DNA from: an uncultured Candidatus Saccharibacteria bacterium
Lineage (GTDB): Bacteria; Patescibacteriota; Minisyncoccia; Minisyncoccales; UBA10102
Assembly: GCA_964479725.1 (NCBI GenBank)
Contig: CAYZNF010000002.1
Coordinates: forward strand, 1,383-65,382
Direction: 5' to 3'
Length of the DNA: 64,000 nucleotides
Below, one piece after another: positions 47,325-57,007 of the stretch (positions within the stretch are counted from its first letter, which is position 1; every line of letters starts with the position of its first letter). Both the position numbers and the translations under genes were made by a program. The notes under the pieces are model-generated. The model saw only the letters and a program-made list of their open reading frames with translations, was not told where the DNA came from and did no database searches.

Positions 47325-48925
47325 GGGAGGCAATCGAAGCTTTGCCGAATGACGTTAGGAAATACTTAAAAAATGCTGCCATTATCGTGGAAGATAGGCC
47401 GAGTCGAGATCAGCTCGAAGAAATGCAAGACGACCCCGAAAACACGCTGCTTGGCCTTTACCAGGGGGTACCCGAAACAGAATGGGGGAAAGGCTTTGGG
47501 AATGTGCTCCCGGACAAAATAAGCTTGTTTCAGGAAAATATCGAGCAAATTGCCGATACTCAAGAGAAAATAAAAAACGAAATACGCCTTACGGTTTGGC
47601 ACGAAATTGCGCACTATTTCGGTTTTGACGACAAGGAAATCGAGGATTTAGAGAAAAAGATACGCATTGTTATACTCGGCGGGGGTTTCGCGGGATTAAA
47701 CGCGGTCCTCGAGCTTCTACGCAAATCAAAAAATCTGCCGCATTTTTCAATAACGCTTGTCAACGAAGGGGATAGTTTTGTTTTTGTGCCTTTGCTTCAC
47801 GAAGTGGCAACGGGTACGCTTTCGCCCTTTGACGTTATTCAGCCAATTCGCCACATTCTTCCGCGAGAGAAAATTAAATTTTTTGAAGGAAAAGCAATAA
47901 AAATAGACTTTGAAAACCAGACAGTTATTGTGCGACGATGCCATGAAATTGAGAAGGGCAAACAAGAAATTACTTTAAATTATGATTATCTCATTTCGGC
48001 CCTTGGCTCCGAAACAAATTACTTTGATATTCCTGGCGCTAAAGAATTCGCCCAGCCGTTAAAAACCATTGAAGACGCAAAAAGGCTGCGCGCAACAATT
48101 ATACATGCTTTTGAAAAAGCTGAATTTGCGAACGTTGCGGAGCAGAAAAAACTCTTGAATTTTGCCATAATCGGCGGCGGCGCTACGGGGGTTGAGGTTG
48201 CGGGAGAACTCGTTGACTATACATCAACAGAATTGAGACAGACCTTTCCGCGCTTGTCGGTAAAACCTAAAATAACTTTGGTGCAAGCTGAAAAAACTTT
48301 GCTTTCGAAAGAAGAGCCATGGTTTCAGGCAAAAGCACGGAAGGTGCTGTGCAGGAAGGGGAATGTTGATGTTTTGTACAGCCAAAAAGTAATTGAAGTA
48401 ACCGCCAATGGAATAAAAACGCAGGACAGATTTATTGAAGCTAAAACCGTTATTTGGACCGCGGGAGTAAAAGCGGCGAGCATCATGATCGAAAGCGGCG
48501 CGTCGTTGGACATTGACGAGAAAAAGCGTATTCGAGTCAACGAATTCCTCCAGCTCCAAACCTATCCCGGCGTGTTTATTGTTGGCGATCAAGCTCATAT
48601 TGCCGATCTCGAAACACAACAGCCGTATCCTATGCGCGCCCAATTTGCCGCAAGAGAAGGAAAACTAGCCGCTCGAAATATTCTTTCGCTTCTTATGGGC
48701 AAGCCTCTGCGCCCTTTCAAATGGGGAGATAAAGGTTTTATTGTTTCCTTGGGAAAAGGCGGGGCGCTGGCACGGATACTCGGATTGCATTTTTCGGGCC
48801 CCCTTGCTTGGTTTATATATCGCACAGCTTACCTTTGTAATCTTATCGGCCTGCGGGCAAAATTGCGCACTGCGGTGCGCTGGGCAATTAATTTGGTTTT
48901 GCCTCGCGACATTGCCAAGCCTTAA
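47285..48925 (+). CDS. Zincin_1 metallopeptidase fused to type II NADH dehydrogenase-like oxidoreductase
   Basis: LLGLYQGVP..LPDKI..HEIAHYFG then IVILGGGFAG, PLLHEVATG, GGGATGVE.AGE, WTAGV, GD. Confidence 0.85.
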   Translation: MAQYSKEQFEAMVGEAIEALPNDVRKYLKNAAIIVEDRPSRDQLEEMQDDPENTLLGLYQGVPETEWGKGFGNVLPDKISLFQENIEQIADTQEKIKNEIRLTVWHEIAHYFGFDDKEIEDLEKKIRIVILGGGFAGLNAVLELLRKSKNLPHFSITLVNEGDSFVFVPLLHEVATGTLSPFDVIQPIRHILPREKIKFFEGKAIKIDFENQTVIVRRCHEIEKGKQEITLNYDYLISALGSETNYFDIPGAKEFAQPLKTIEDAKRLRATIIHAFEKAEFANVAEQKKLLNFAIIGGGATGVEVAGELVDYTSTELRQTFPRLSVKPKITLVQAEKTLLSKEEPWFQAKARKVLCRKGNVDVLYSQKVIEVTANGIKTQDRFIEAKTVIWTAGVKAASIMIESGASLDIDEKKRIRVNEFLQLQTYPGVFIVGDQAHIADLETQQPYPMRAQFAAREGKLAARNILSLLMGKPLRPFKWGDKGFIVSLGKGGALARILGLHFSGPLAWFIYRTAYLCNLIGLRAKLRTAVRWAINLVLPRDIAKP

Positions 48926-48947
48926 AATCGTCTCATAGTGTATTCTT

Positions 48948-49433
48948 ATGGCAAAATTCCTTTCGAAAAGAAAAATAATTTTGCTTGTTATACTGGTTCT
49001 TGCCGCGTTGTTGGGGTGGATTGAAACCACAAACCAAGCTCCTCTTTTTCAGCCGCAACAGGAAGAAACCCTGCGAAATCATACAAGGCTTGTAATTGAC
49101 GGCGACACGCTGGAGCTTGCGACAAAAGAACGTGTGCGCCTTATCGGCATTGATACGCCAGAGAAAGGAGAAATGTTTTATGAAGAAGCAAAAGCTAAGC
49201 TCAAGGAACTCATCGAAAGCAAAGAAGTGCGTTTGGAAAAAGATGTTTCAGAAAAAGACAGGTATGGAAGATTGCTTAGATATGTGTATGTCGAAGATAC
49301 CTTCGTAAATCTTGAAATGGTGCGGCAAGGCTACGCCAAAGTTTCCACATATTCGCCGGATGTTCGTCATGCTGAAGAATTTCGCGCCGCCGAGCGTGAA
49401 GCTCGTGAAAACAAACGCTGTTTGTGGAAGTAA
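48948..49433 (+). CDS. Thermonuclease (SNase-like) family protein
   Basis: VIDGDT, VRLIGIDTPE, DRYGRLLRYVY; N-terminal TM. Confidence 0.93.
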   Translation: MAKFLSKRKIILLVILVLAALLGWIETTNQAPLFQPQQEETLRNHTRLVIDGDTLELATKERVRLIGIDTPEKGEMFYEEAKAKLKELIESKEVRLEKDVSEKDRYGRLLRYVYVEDTFVNLEMVRQGYAKVSTYSPDVRHAEEFRAAEREARENKRCLWK

Positions 49434-49510
49434 GGTTTAACCTTACTTATTAAATAAGCTCGCCCCCGGGATGGAGACGAGCTTTTGCAATGTGCTGGTC
49501 TGATGAGGTG

Positions 49511-49759
49511 CTAGGCAACAACGATGGCGACGGGGAGAATGACCCTTACCCCCTGATCCTGCCACGAGATTTCGGTAGGAATCGCGGCCGTAAGAACCGA
49601 GCAGTCCAAGGCGACACGTAGCACAGTCTTTCGTTCCGAACCCGTCTCCAGGGACAGCCCTGTGTGTACCACTCCTGGCAAACTGGCGATACGTGGCACA
49701 TAGGACTGCGCCTCTCGCCAGGTTGCCCATCTTGTCGCTGTTGCCACAGCCTCAACCAT
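49511..49759 (-). CDS. Small hypothetical protein (82 aa)
   Basis: ATG preceded by AGAGGGGG; downstream hairpin AAGCTCG/CGAGCTT at ~49456-49484. Confidence 0.5.
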   Translation of the reverse strand: MVEAVATATRWATWREAQSYVPRIASLPGVVHTGLSLETGSERKTVLRVALDCSVLTAAIPTEISWQDQGVRVILPVAIVVA

Positions 49760-49842
49760 AAACTTCCCCCTCTGAACCGAATGCAATCATTATATTTTGT
49801 TCCCAACCCCGCGTCAATTCTCAATAGGGTGGGTATCTTTTA

Positions 49843-49871
49843 TTGACGAGCTGCGTTGAGTGTTTTATTAT
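49843..49871 (+). promoter_or_regulatory. Sigma70-type promoter
   Basis: TTGACG-N17-TATTAT. Confidence 0.5.
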
Positions 49872-49907
49872 AAAATATCTTTTGCTTTATTCATTAATTT
49901 ATTTCTT

Positions 49908-52900
49908 GTGAAACATTTTCTCAATAAGAGGCATTTGGCGACAACTGTTGTTTTTATAATTTTCTTAATCAATGTTATCCTGCCTTCAGCCGCCGGCGCT
50001 TCGCCTTCTACTCCGCTGCGGATTCCCACGCCTACGCCTCAAGTCGAAAAAACGTCTCGGCTCCTGGAATTGCGCCGTGAACTTGAACAAGTTCCGAATT
50101 TTCTCCAATACACCGAATACAAAATGCTAAAGTATAAATCCGAAATCGGCGCAAGAGCTACGACAGAAAAATCAAAAACCTCTGCAGACGACTATTTGAT
50201 TCAGCCTCGGGGACTATCGCCCCTTTCTCTTGAGCTTACCGGAGGATTTAATACCGACTCATTCCTTTCTTTTAATTCTTTAGCAGGAACTTCAATTAGC
50301 ACGCTTACTGGCATGGCCGCCATAGATGAAAGCCTGCAATTGGGCTCAATCAATGCGGAGAGAGAAGATACCGCGGCAAGAGAAGAGCGTCAGCGCATAG
50401 ACTACGCTCTAAATAAATACTACTACGACAATAATTACGTTTATCCGCAAAGTCTAGACCAACTGATTCCTAAATACCTGCCAAATATCCCGAAAAACTT
50501 TACATATATAAAGAAAGGGTCATCCTTTGAATTGCGTTTTACACCCCCTCCGTCAACGGCCATGCCAATTTCCGCGGTTCAGCCTCTTACTATCAAATCC
50601 CATCCCTGGGAGACCATGACGGAAAGCAAACCGCGCATTCCAGAGATATTTTCCCTTGTTCCAAACGACTATTCTCTCGCATATTTCAGCAGTGCGGAAA
50701 AATTTGACGAATTTGAAAAAAAAAAAAAAAAAATGGCTAAGCCTTTGTCGAGAATATATGGGGTGGGCAATGCAATATCTTATCGAGAAAAGATATTTCA
50801 ACGTCTTGGCATTTCTCATATTCCCCGTTTGTCTGACGTATTTGACGAAGCGGCTTTTATATCACACGACATCGATATTTTTCCTAATACCGAGTACGCC
50901 CTTATTTTTAAGGTCAAATCAGAAATCAGCGATTTTCCCTCAAAATTTCTCACTGCTCCTTCCGGCACCCATGGAAAGGCGGGGGATTACTACATTGTAG
51001 CAAGCCACCCTGATTTATTTGACGAAATTTCCCGGATTTCCGGAACTTCCAAGTCCTTGGCAAACGCCAAGGATCTCGCCTATATCCTTTCTGTCATGGA
51101 AAAAGAATACGACGGATTTGTGTACCTTTCCGAAGCATTTATTCAGAAACTTACTAGTCCGGCTTATCGCATAAATTCAAAGCGCAGAAATATCATAGCA
51201 AAAGCTCTTGTGGATCTCCAATATGTTTCTATTGCCTACAGAGATATTACCGGAAAGTGGCCGCTCTCTTTTCAGCAGCTTGTCGATGAGCAGTACATTG
51301 CGCCCAAGACCATAGCCAGTATAGAGAATTATTCCATAGATGAAAACGGCATTGTGTCTCATAAAGACTGGGGCACTGTTTATAACATTACTCCCGTGCG
51401 ACAAGTACCTATCAAAGAAGTCTTTCCTGGCGAAAGATCGTCGTATGACGAATTTCGTGAACAGTATGAACAATATTGGCAGGAATTCATTGATCCTGTC
51501 GGTATTGCGATTCTCGTTGGCGACCATATACGCTTTCATACCGTCATACTGCCCCTAATCAACGAATCTCGCTACAATTGGCTTAAAAGTTTGGCCGGAG
51601 GGGAAAGCGCTGAATTTCAGTTCATAAAAAACCCGGACCGCATCCCATCTTTCCAAATCATCTCAAAATTCAATACCGACGACATTTTATACGCCTTATA
51701 CAAAACAGCCCCGCAGGAATTTGACGAAAACTATAAAAAATGCGCGAAGGATTATTATGAAATAAGGCCCTACCCAAGGGATCCGGTAAGTAAATTCTGC
51801 ACCATAGCGGAAAAACCACGCACGGAAGCGATTGTGCTAGTTAAGGATATGCTTGCCAAGCAACTCGAATGGAATGAACCCGAAGAGCTCTTTGATTTTA
51901 TCGGAAACGAAGCTACTATTGCCGTGGGTGATGCCATGGAATACAAAATTTCAGATTTCGCTAAATTTGATGCGTATTTTGGACTGGCCATAGACGATAC
52001 AGAAGGTGCAAAAAAATTTCTCGAACATGTTTTCCGATGGTACAACAAAGAAATGGGAGGAAACAGTCGTAACGATTACGACATGGGATTTTTCAGTTTC
52101 AGCGCCACAGAACCTCTTAAAAACTCATACAACGACGTAGATTTCTACGTGATTCCTCTTGGCTTTATAAATCTTTATTACACTTTCCTCCACGACAGGT
52201 TTTACCTCACTATTTCCCAAAACGCTCTCAATAAGATCATCGATCAAGGCGCAATAAAGCAGACGTGGAGCAGCTCTGTTGCGCGCCTTTTTGATTATAT
52301 CGGCACAAAGCAGAATGTCTTGGCGTTTGTTGACGGCACAGCTCTTAAACCGTGGATCCAAAATCTTATTAAGGAGCAATGGGCCTCTTTTACTCGCGGC
52401 GCTGATTTCAAGAAATATACGATGTACTATACCGAAGCCCTTGTGCTGGCAAAGGCATTGCCCAACTACAACGGAACAATCGAGAACACCCAAATCTACT
52501 ACCGCTACGCTCCGACAGAGTGGTTCGACGCAAAGCTCTACGCAGAAAATGGCATTCCTTATATCAGGGCAGGCGAAAAATCCTACAACATGCGCGAAGT
52601 TAATACTGCTTCGCGGTCTTACGATTATTATTACGACGAGCCCGCAAACTCCCTTAAAAAAGTGTCCCTTGGAACGATCACATCTGCGTTTGACATGAAC
52701 ACAGTACTAGCTGAATGGGAGTACTTCAAAGATTTTGGCGCAGGTCTTGCTTTTACCGAACACGGGCTGGATATACGCGTTGCCATTAACAATCCTGAAC
52801 GCACCTCGCTTGACGCCAGGGTACCCCAATCCGCAGATAAATTCTTCTTTAGCACGGGCTTGGGAAAACTCCTTATTGCCGCTAATGCGCTGATTGCTTT

Positions 52901-52988
52901 GGCGTTTATTGGCATTGTCGCGATTTTGTTTACGCGACGGAAAAAAATCTCAACCCAACCGTCTCAACCCATCAATCCCGTGCAATAA
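49908..52988 (+). CDS. Large (~1026 aa) exported/surface protein with C-terminal TM anchor
   Basis: Signal-like N-terminus, C-terminal TM + RRKK; two pseudopilin-like Y...yP.SL.QL...Y motifs; A18 tract. Confidence 0.75.
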   Translation: MKHFLNKRHLATTVVFIIFLINVILPSAAGASPSTPLRIPTPTPQVEKTSRLLELRRELEQVPNFLQYTEYKMLKYKSEIGARATTEKSKTSADDYLIQPRGLSPLSLELTGGFNTDSFLSFNSLAGTSISTLTGMAAIDESLQLGSINAEREDTAAREERQRIDYALNKYYYDNNYVYPQSLDQLIPKYLPNIPKNFTYIKKGSSFELRFTPPPSTAMPISAVQPLTIKSHPWETMTESKPRIPEIFSLVPNDYSLAYFSSAEKFDEFEKKKKKMAKPLSRIYGVGNAISYREKIFQRLGISHIPRLSDVFDEAAFISHDIDIFPNTEYALIFKVKSEISDFPSKFLTAPSGTHGKAGDYYIVASHPDLFDEISRISGTSKSLANAKDLAYILSVMEKEYDGFVYLSEAFIQKLTSPAYRINSKRRNIIAKALVDLQYVSIAYRDITGKWPLSFQQLVDEQYIAPKTIASIENYSIDENGIVSHKDWGTVYNITPVRQVPIKEVFPGERSSYDEFREQYEQYWQEFIDPVGIAILVGDHIRFHTVILPLINESRYNWLKSLAGGESAEFQFIKNPDRIPSFQIISKFNTDDILYALYKTAPQEFDENYKKCAKDYYEIRPYPRDPVSKFCTIAEKPRTEAIVLVKDMLAKQLEWNEPEELFDFIGNEATIAVGDAMEYKISDFAKFDAYFGLAIDDTEGAKKFLEHVFRWYNKEMGGNSRNDYDMGFFSFSATEPLKNSYNDVDFYVIPLGFINLYYTFLHDRFYLTISQNALNKIIDQGAIKQTWSSSVARLFDYIGTKQNVLAFVDGTALKPWIQNLIKEQWASFTRGADFKKYTMYYTEALVLAKALPNYNGTIENTQIYYRYAPTEWFDAKLYAENGIPYIRAGEKSYNMREVNTASRSYDYYYDEPANSLKKVSLGTITSAFDMNTVLAEWEYFKDFGAGLAFTEHGLDIRVAINNPERTSLDARVPQSADKFFFSTGLGKLLIAANALIALAFIGIVAILFTRRKKISTQPSQPINPVQ

Positions 52989-53017
52989 TGGGTTAGATTG
53001 TGGTACAATGCAATAAT

Positions 53018-53596
53018 ATGAGAACAAAAATTATTTTTGGCGCAATATTATTTTTTGGGGCTTCACTTGCTTTCCTCGGTCTTTGGGGAAGCGATTCTGT
53101 CCTTAACGGGCACAAAACAAAAACATACAGCAACCCCGAACTGGGATTTTCGCTTGAGTATCCCGTATCTTTAGGCATCACCGAATACATGGGCGGAAGC
53201 ATGCTCATAGGCAGGCAGGATACCGCTTCTGGCACGCAAGTCAGTGTAGCCATTTCCGGCCAGGAGCAAGCGCAACTAAGCTATGGAGAATTCATGGCCG
53301 CAAAAGCCATTGATCTTTGCTCGAAAAACCTTTCCGATAATCAAGCTTCATGCGCTGAAATTGTAAAACTCGAAACCGTAACTACTGCAAAAGGCATTTT
53401 AGGCGAAAAACTTTATATTAGAGAGACATCCCGAAATAGGGAAATAGGTCCATTTTTCGCCTTCAATATTTCACCTCTGTCGGGAAACGAAATGCGGACC
53501 CTTTTCCTGCATCCAAGCGCCAAAGCAGGCAAAAAAACTGATCCAAAAATCATTCACGCCGTTGCAGATACAGTCCAAATAAGGAATGTCAAATAA
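53018..53596 (+). CDS. Hypothetical exported protein
   Basis: N-terminal TM, TYSNPELGFSLEYP (PsbP-like pattern). Confidence 0.65.
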   Translation: MRTKIIFGAILFFGASLAFLGLWGSDSVLNGHKTKTYSNPELGFSLEYPVSLGITEYMGGSMLIGRQDTASGTQVSVAISGQEQAQLSYGEFMAAKAIDLCSKNLSDNQASCAEIVKLETVTTAKGILGEKLYIRETSRNREIGPFFAFNISPLSGNEMRTLFLHPSAKAGKKTDPKIIHAVADTVQIRNVK

Positions 53597-53607
53597 GGGC
53601 TATCAAT

Positions 53608-54231
53608 GTGCCTACTTTTGATTTTGTTGTAGAGGCGGTCCGGGAAATTTTCCTTGGCAATTGGTATTGGCTGCTCCCATTAAGCACTTTTCTTGAAGGC
53701 CTGGCTTTAGTGAGCTTTGCCGCGCCTGGCGTAATTACTGTTCTTTTGGGCGGCTATTATGCAGGAATAGGACAACTATCCATGTATATGGTTTTTATCC
53801 TAGCAATAACTGGAACTATTCTTGGCGATATTGCCAGTTATGCTATGGGAAAATCAATTTTAGGAAAGCGCTTTGAAAAATGGATGCCCCAAGATAAAAA
53901 GTCCCTAATATTGGCAAAAATAGAAAAACGAGCGGCGTGGTTTTTGCTTTTCTACCATTTTTCAGGATACGGCAGAGCTTTTGTTCCGATGATAGCTGGC
54001 GCTATGCGAATGCCCTTCAAGAAATGGCTGATATTTTCTGTTATAGGATCTTTTTCTTGGACCAGTTTCCTGGTTGTTTCGGGATATTTAAGCGGAAAAT
54101 ACGCCAGCGATCTATTTTCTCAATATAAGCTCTTTGATTGGCTTTTCCTTGCATTCTTTGTTTTTTGGACAGTAAGTTTAGCTGTATTTATTTGGAAGAT
54201 TAAGAACACCAAAAACAAGCTCAATAGTTAG
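53608..54231 (+). CDS. DedA family membrane protein
   Basis: FLEGL...APG, GTILGD..SY..G, RAFVPMIAG. Confidence 0.85.
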   Translation: MPTFDFVVEAVREIFLGNWYWLLPLSTFLEGLALVSFAAPGVITVLLGGYYAGIGQLSMYMVFILAITGTILGDIASYAMGKSILGKRFEKWMPQDKKSLILAKIEKRAAWFLLFYHFSGYGRAFVPMIAGAMRMPFKKWLIFSVIGSFSWTSFLVVSGYLSGKYASDLFSQYKLFDWLFLAFFVFWTVSLAVFIWKIKNTKNKLNS

Positions 54232-54243
54232 TAATTTTATAGT

Positions 54244-55143
54244 ATGGCAAATATTGTCATTGAGACCCGGGAATTGACAAAGTATTACGGCAAAACCCGG
54301 GGTATCGAAGATTTTAATCTCACTATACAAAACGGAGAGATTTTTGGTTTCTTGGGTCCGAATGGAGCAGGCAAAACCACAACCATCCGCCTTCTGCTTG
54401 GGCTTATTAAGCCAACGAAAGGCACGGCTATGATTTTTGGCAAAGACATCCGCAAATCCTATGCCCAGATACTACAGCATATTGGATACCTGTCGGGAGA
54501 CATGATCTTGTACGAAAAAATGACGGGGAAAGAACTGCTCAATCTAGCTTCCGCCTTTTATAAACGCAAAGCTGATCCCCAAATCGCAAATGAAATCGAG
54601 CGGAGATTGGAATGCAATCTCAAAACACCCATCAAAAAACTGTCGAAAGGGAATAAGCAGAAAATTGCCATACTTCTCGCGCTTGCCCATAATCCCGATA
54701 TCGCTATTTTAGACGAACCGACAAATGGGTTGGACCCAATAGCACAGCACGAATTGTACGCAATTTTAACTGATTTTAAAAAGCAGGGGATGACCATTTT
54801 CTTTTCCTCGCACAACCTTATCGAGGTCGAAAAAGTGTGCGACCGGGTAGGTATTGTACGCCAGGGAAAACTCGTGGATATTGAAACAATCCAGACTCTC
54901 CAGCGCCAAAGGCAAAAATTGGTGGAAATTATCTTTGCCGATACCTACAACATTGAAAATTTCACAAAAATTCCCGGGGTTGCGGTAAAAAACGCGACTG
55001 AAATCACTCTCCAAATCCTTGCCAATCCTTCCACGCTCCAAGATATTGTAAGCGTGCTAGCAAGCTGCAAAGTAAAAGACATCACTATCACATATCCCGA
55101 CCTGGAACAGATTTTTTTGCAATATTACAAAGAAATTACATGA
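54244..55143 (+). CDS. ABC transporter ATP-binding protein
   Basis: GPNGAGKTT, LSKGNKQK, LDEPTNGLDP, SSH. Confidence 0.95.
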   Translation: MANIVIETRELTKYYGKTRGIEDFNLTIQNGEIFGFLGPNGAGKTTTIRLLLGLIKPTKGTAMIFGKDIRKSYAQILQHIGYLSGDMILYEKMTGKELLNLASAFYKRKADPQIANEIERRLECNLKTPIKKLSKGNKQKIAILLALAHNPDIAILDEPTNGLDPIAQHELYAILTDFKKQGMTIFFSSHNLIEVEKVCDRVGIVRQGKLVDIETIQTLQRQRQKLVEIIFADTYNIENFTKIPGVAVKNATEITLQILANPSTLQDIVSVLASCKVKDITITYPDLEQIFLQYYKEIT

Positions 55144-55877
55144 TGTTTACTGCATTGCTCAAAAAAATTGTCAAAGAAGCCCAATGGACCATATTCTGGT
55201 ATGTTTTAATCCTGGCTGCCCATTCTTTCCTGGCCGCTATTATATATTCAAATTTCGACGATGCGTTTCCGGGCGGAATTGAAAATTTCCTTGCAGCCTC
55301 GTATTTTGATTTCAACTGGATGTTTATTATCATGATTCTTAGTTTTTTCTTGGGCCGCAGAGTGCTTGCCCACGAGATCGAAAAGGGAACCGCGGATTTT
55401 TTGTTTACGCTTCCCGCCACCCGAATGAGCATTCTTGCCGTAAAACTCGCTTCATTGTACTTGATTATCGTATTTGTCATTTCAACGAGCTTATTGACGC
55501 TCATAGCATCTTTTGCAGTTACGGGAAATTTTAGCATACTGCCTCCGAAAGGCCTTGCCCTGTTTTTCATCGCAGGTTCAGCGCTTGCTTTTTTCCTGTT
55601 TTCTTTTTCTTCATTTTTCTCAATGATTCTCTCCCGCTCCACTGCGGTACTGGGCATTTCAGGCGGATTTTTCTTGCTTTCTTCCACGCTCCAGATTTTT
55701 TCTACGATCAACGAAACGGTCGAAAATTTTTATTTCCTGTCGTTTTTCAAGTACTACGGCCCCACCCATGAAATTTTGCGGGGATTTTTGGATTTCTCAA
55801 ATATCTATATCCTTCTCGCCAGTTCGCTTCTGCTTTTAGGAGCAGGCATCCTTGCCGCGGAGAAGCGAGACCTCTAA
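55140..55877 (+). CDS. ABC-2 type transporter permease
   Basis: EIEKGT.DFL.T.P.TR..I...K; ~6 TM; ends KRDL. Confidence 0.88.
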   Translation: MMFTALLKKIVKEAQWTIFWYVLILAAHSFLAAIIYSNFDDAFPGGIENFLAASYFDFNWMFIIMILSFFLGRRVLAHEIEKGTADFLFTLPATRMSILAVKLASLYLIIVFVISTSLLTLIASFAVTGNFSILPPKGLALFFIAGSALAFFLFSFSSFFSMILSRSTAVLGISGGFFLLSSTLQIFSTINETVENFYFLSFFKYYGPTHEILRGFLDFSNIYILLASSLLLLGAGILAAEKRDL

Positions 55878-55928
55878 GCAAAAATGGTTGAACTGGTATG
55901 TATTTTGCGCTATAATAAAAAGAGGAAT

Positions 55929-56951
55929 ATGGGTATATCGGAATTACGAACGAGGGCAGAACAAGAGATCTTGCATAGCCAAAGCCTAAAAGAATTAGAC
56001 GAGGTTTTGCGAAAGTTTCTAGGCAAAAAGGGAGAATTAACCCTTATTTTGCGTTCCCTCGCAACGCTAGACGAAGCCGAACGCGAAAAAGCCGGCAAAG
56101 AATCCAATGAGTTAAAGCAAGATTTGCTTTCGTGGCATCAAAATCGAAAAGCCGAACTGGGAAACAAGGAACTGCGCGAAAAGGAGAAGAATGAATGGAT
56201 TGATATTACCGCCCCGGGCACAAAGTTTTCCCAGGGGCATCTTCACCCCATTACTTTGGCACAGCGCAGGGCAATTGAAATTTTTGAAGGGATGGGCTTT
56301 GGCGTTGCCGAAGGGCCGGAGATTGAGAGCGAGTGGTATAATTTTGACGCGCTCAACATTCCGCCAAACCATCCCGCGCGCGATATGTGGGACACTTTCT
56401 GGCTAAAGCCAAGAAACGCGAATATGCTCCTTCGTACCCATACAAGCCCAGTGCAAGTGCGCTATATGGAAAAAAACAATCCTCCTTTAAGAATTATTGC
56501 CCCGGGGCGGGTATTCAGGTACGAAGCAACAGATGCCCGGCATGGATTTCAACTATACCAACTGGAAGGTTTAATGGTAGGAAAAACAGTTTCGGTTGCC
56601 AATTTCAAGGCAATTCTGCGGGAATTTTATCGCCGGTTTTTTGACTCACCGGTTACCCTACGTTTGCGGCCAAGCTATTTTCCTTTTGTGGAACCTGGTT
56701 TTGAAGTGGATATGAGCTGCGTATTTTGCAAAGGAAACGGCTGCCAAAGTTGCGGCCAAGCAGGATGGCTCGAAATGATGGGAGCCGGTATGGTGCATCC
56801 TAAAGTATTTGAAGCAGTAAAGTATATCCCCAAGGACTGGCAAGGGTTTGCCTTTGGCATGGGCATTGATCGATTGGCAATGATGAAATACAAAGTAAAC
56901 GACATTCGGTTGTTTTACAGCGGGGAATTGGGATTCCTGCGACAATTCTAA
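55929..56951 (+). CDS. pheS: Phenylalanine--tRNA ligase alpha subunit
   Basis: HPARDMWDTF, LLRTHTSPVQ, YFPFVEP, GFAFGMGIDR. Confidence 0.98.
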   Translation: MGISELRTRAEQEILHSQSLKELDEVLRKFLGKKGELTLILRSLATLDEAEREKAGKESNELKQDLLSWHQNRKAELGNKELREKEKNEWIDITAPGTKFSQGHLHPITLAQRRAIEIFEGMGFGVAEGPEIESEWYNFDALNIPPNHPARDMWDTFWLKPRNANMLLRTHTSPVQVRYMEKNNPPLRIIAPGRVFRYEATDARHGFQLYQLEGLMVGKTVSVANFKAILREFYRRFFDSPVTLRLRPSYFPFVEPGFEVDMSCVFCKGNGCQSCGQAGWLEMMGAGMVHPKVFEAVKYIPKDWQGFAFGMGIDRLAMMKYKVNDIRLFYSGELGFLRQF

Positions 56952-56963
56952 AAATAAATGCAG

Positions 56964-57007
56964 TTCTTCATTCGTAGAATTCGCATACATTTGTAGATTC
57001 GAATCAT
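56964..57007. repeat. Dispersed intergenic repeat, copy 2 (3' half only)
   Basis: 44/44 identical to 42128-42171; overlaps the pheT ATG. Confidence 0.85.

Noticed and set aside
44929-55877. tRNA-integrated genomic island
   Set aside because: No integrase and no duplicated tRNA 3' end found by eye; kept only as an accessory block.
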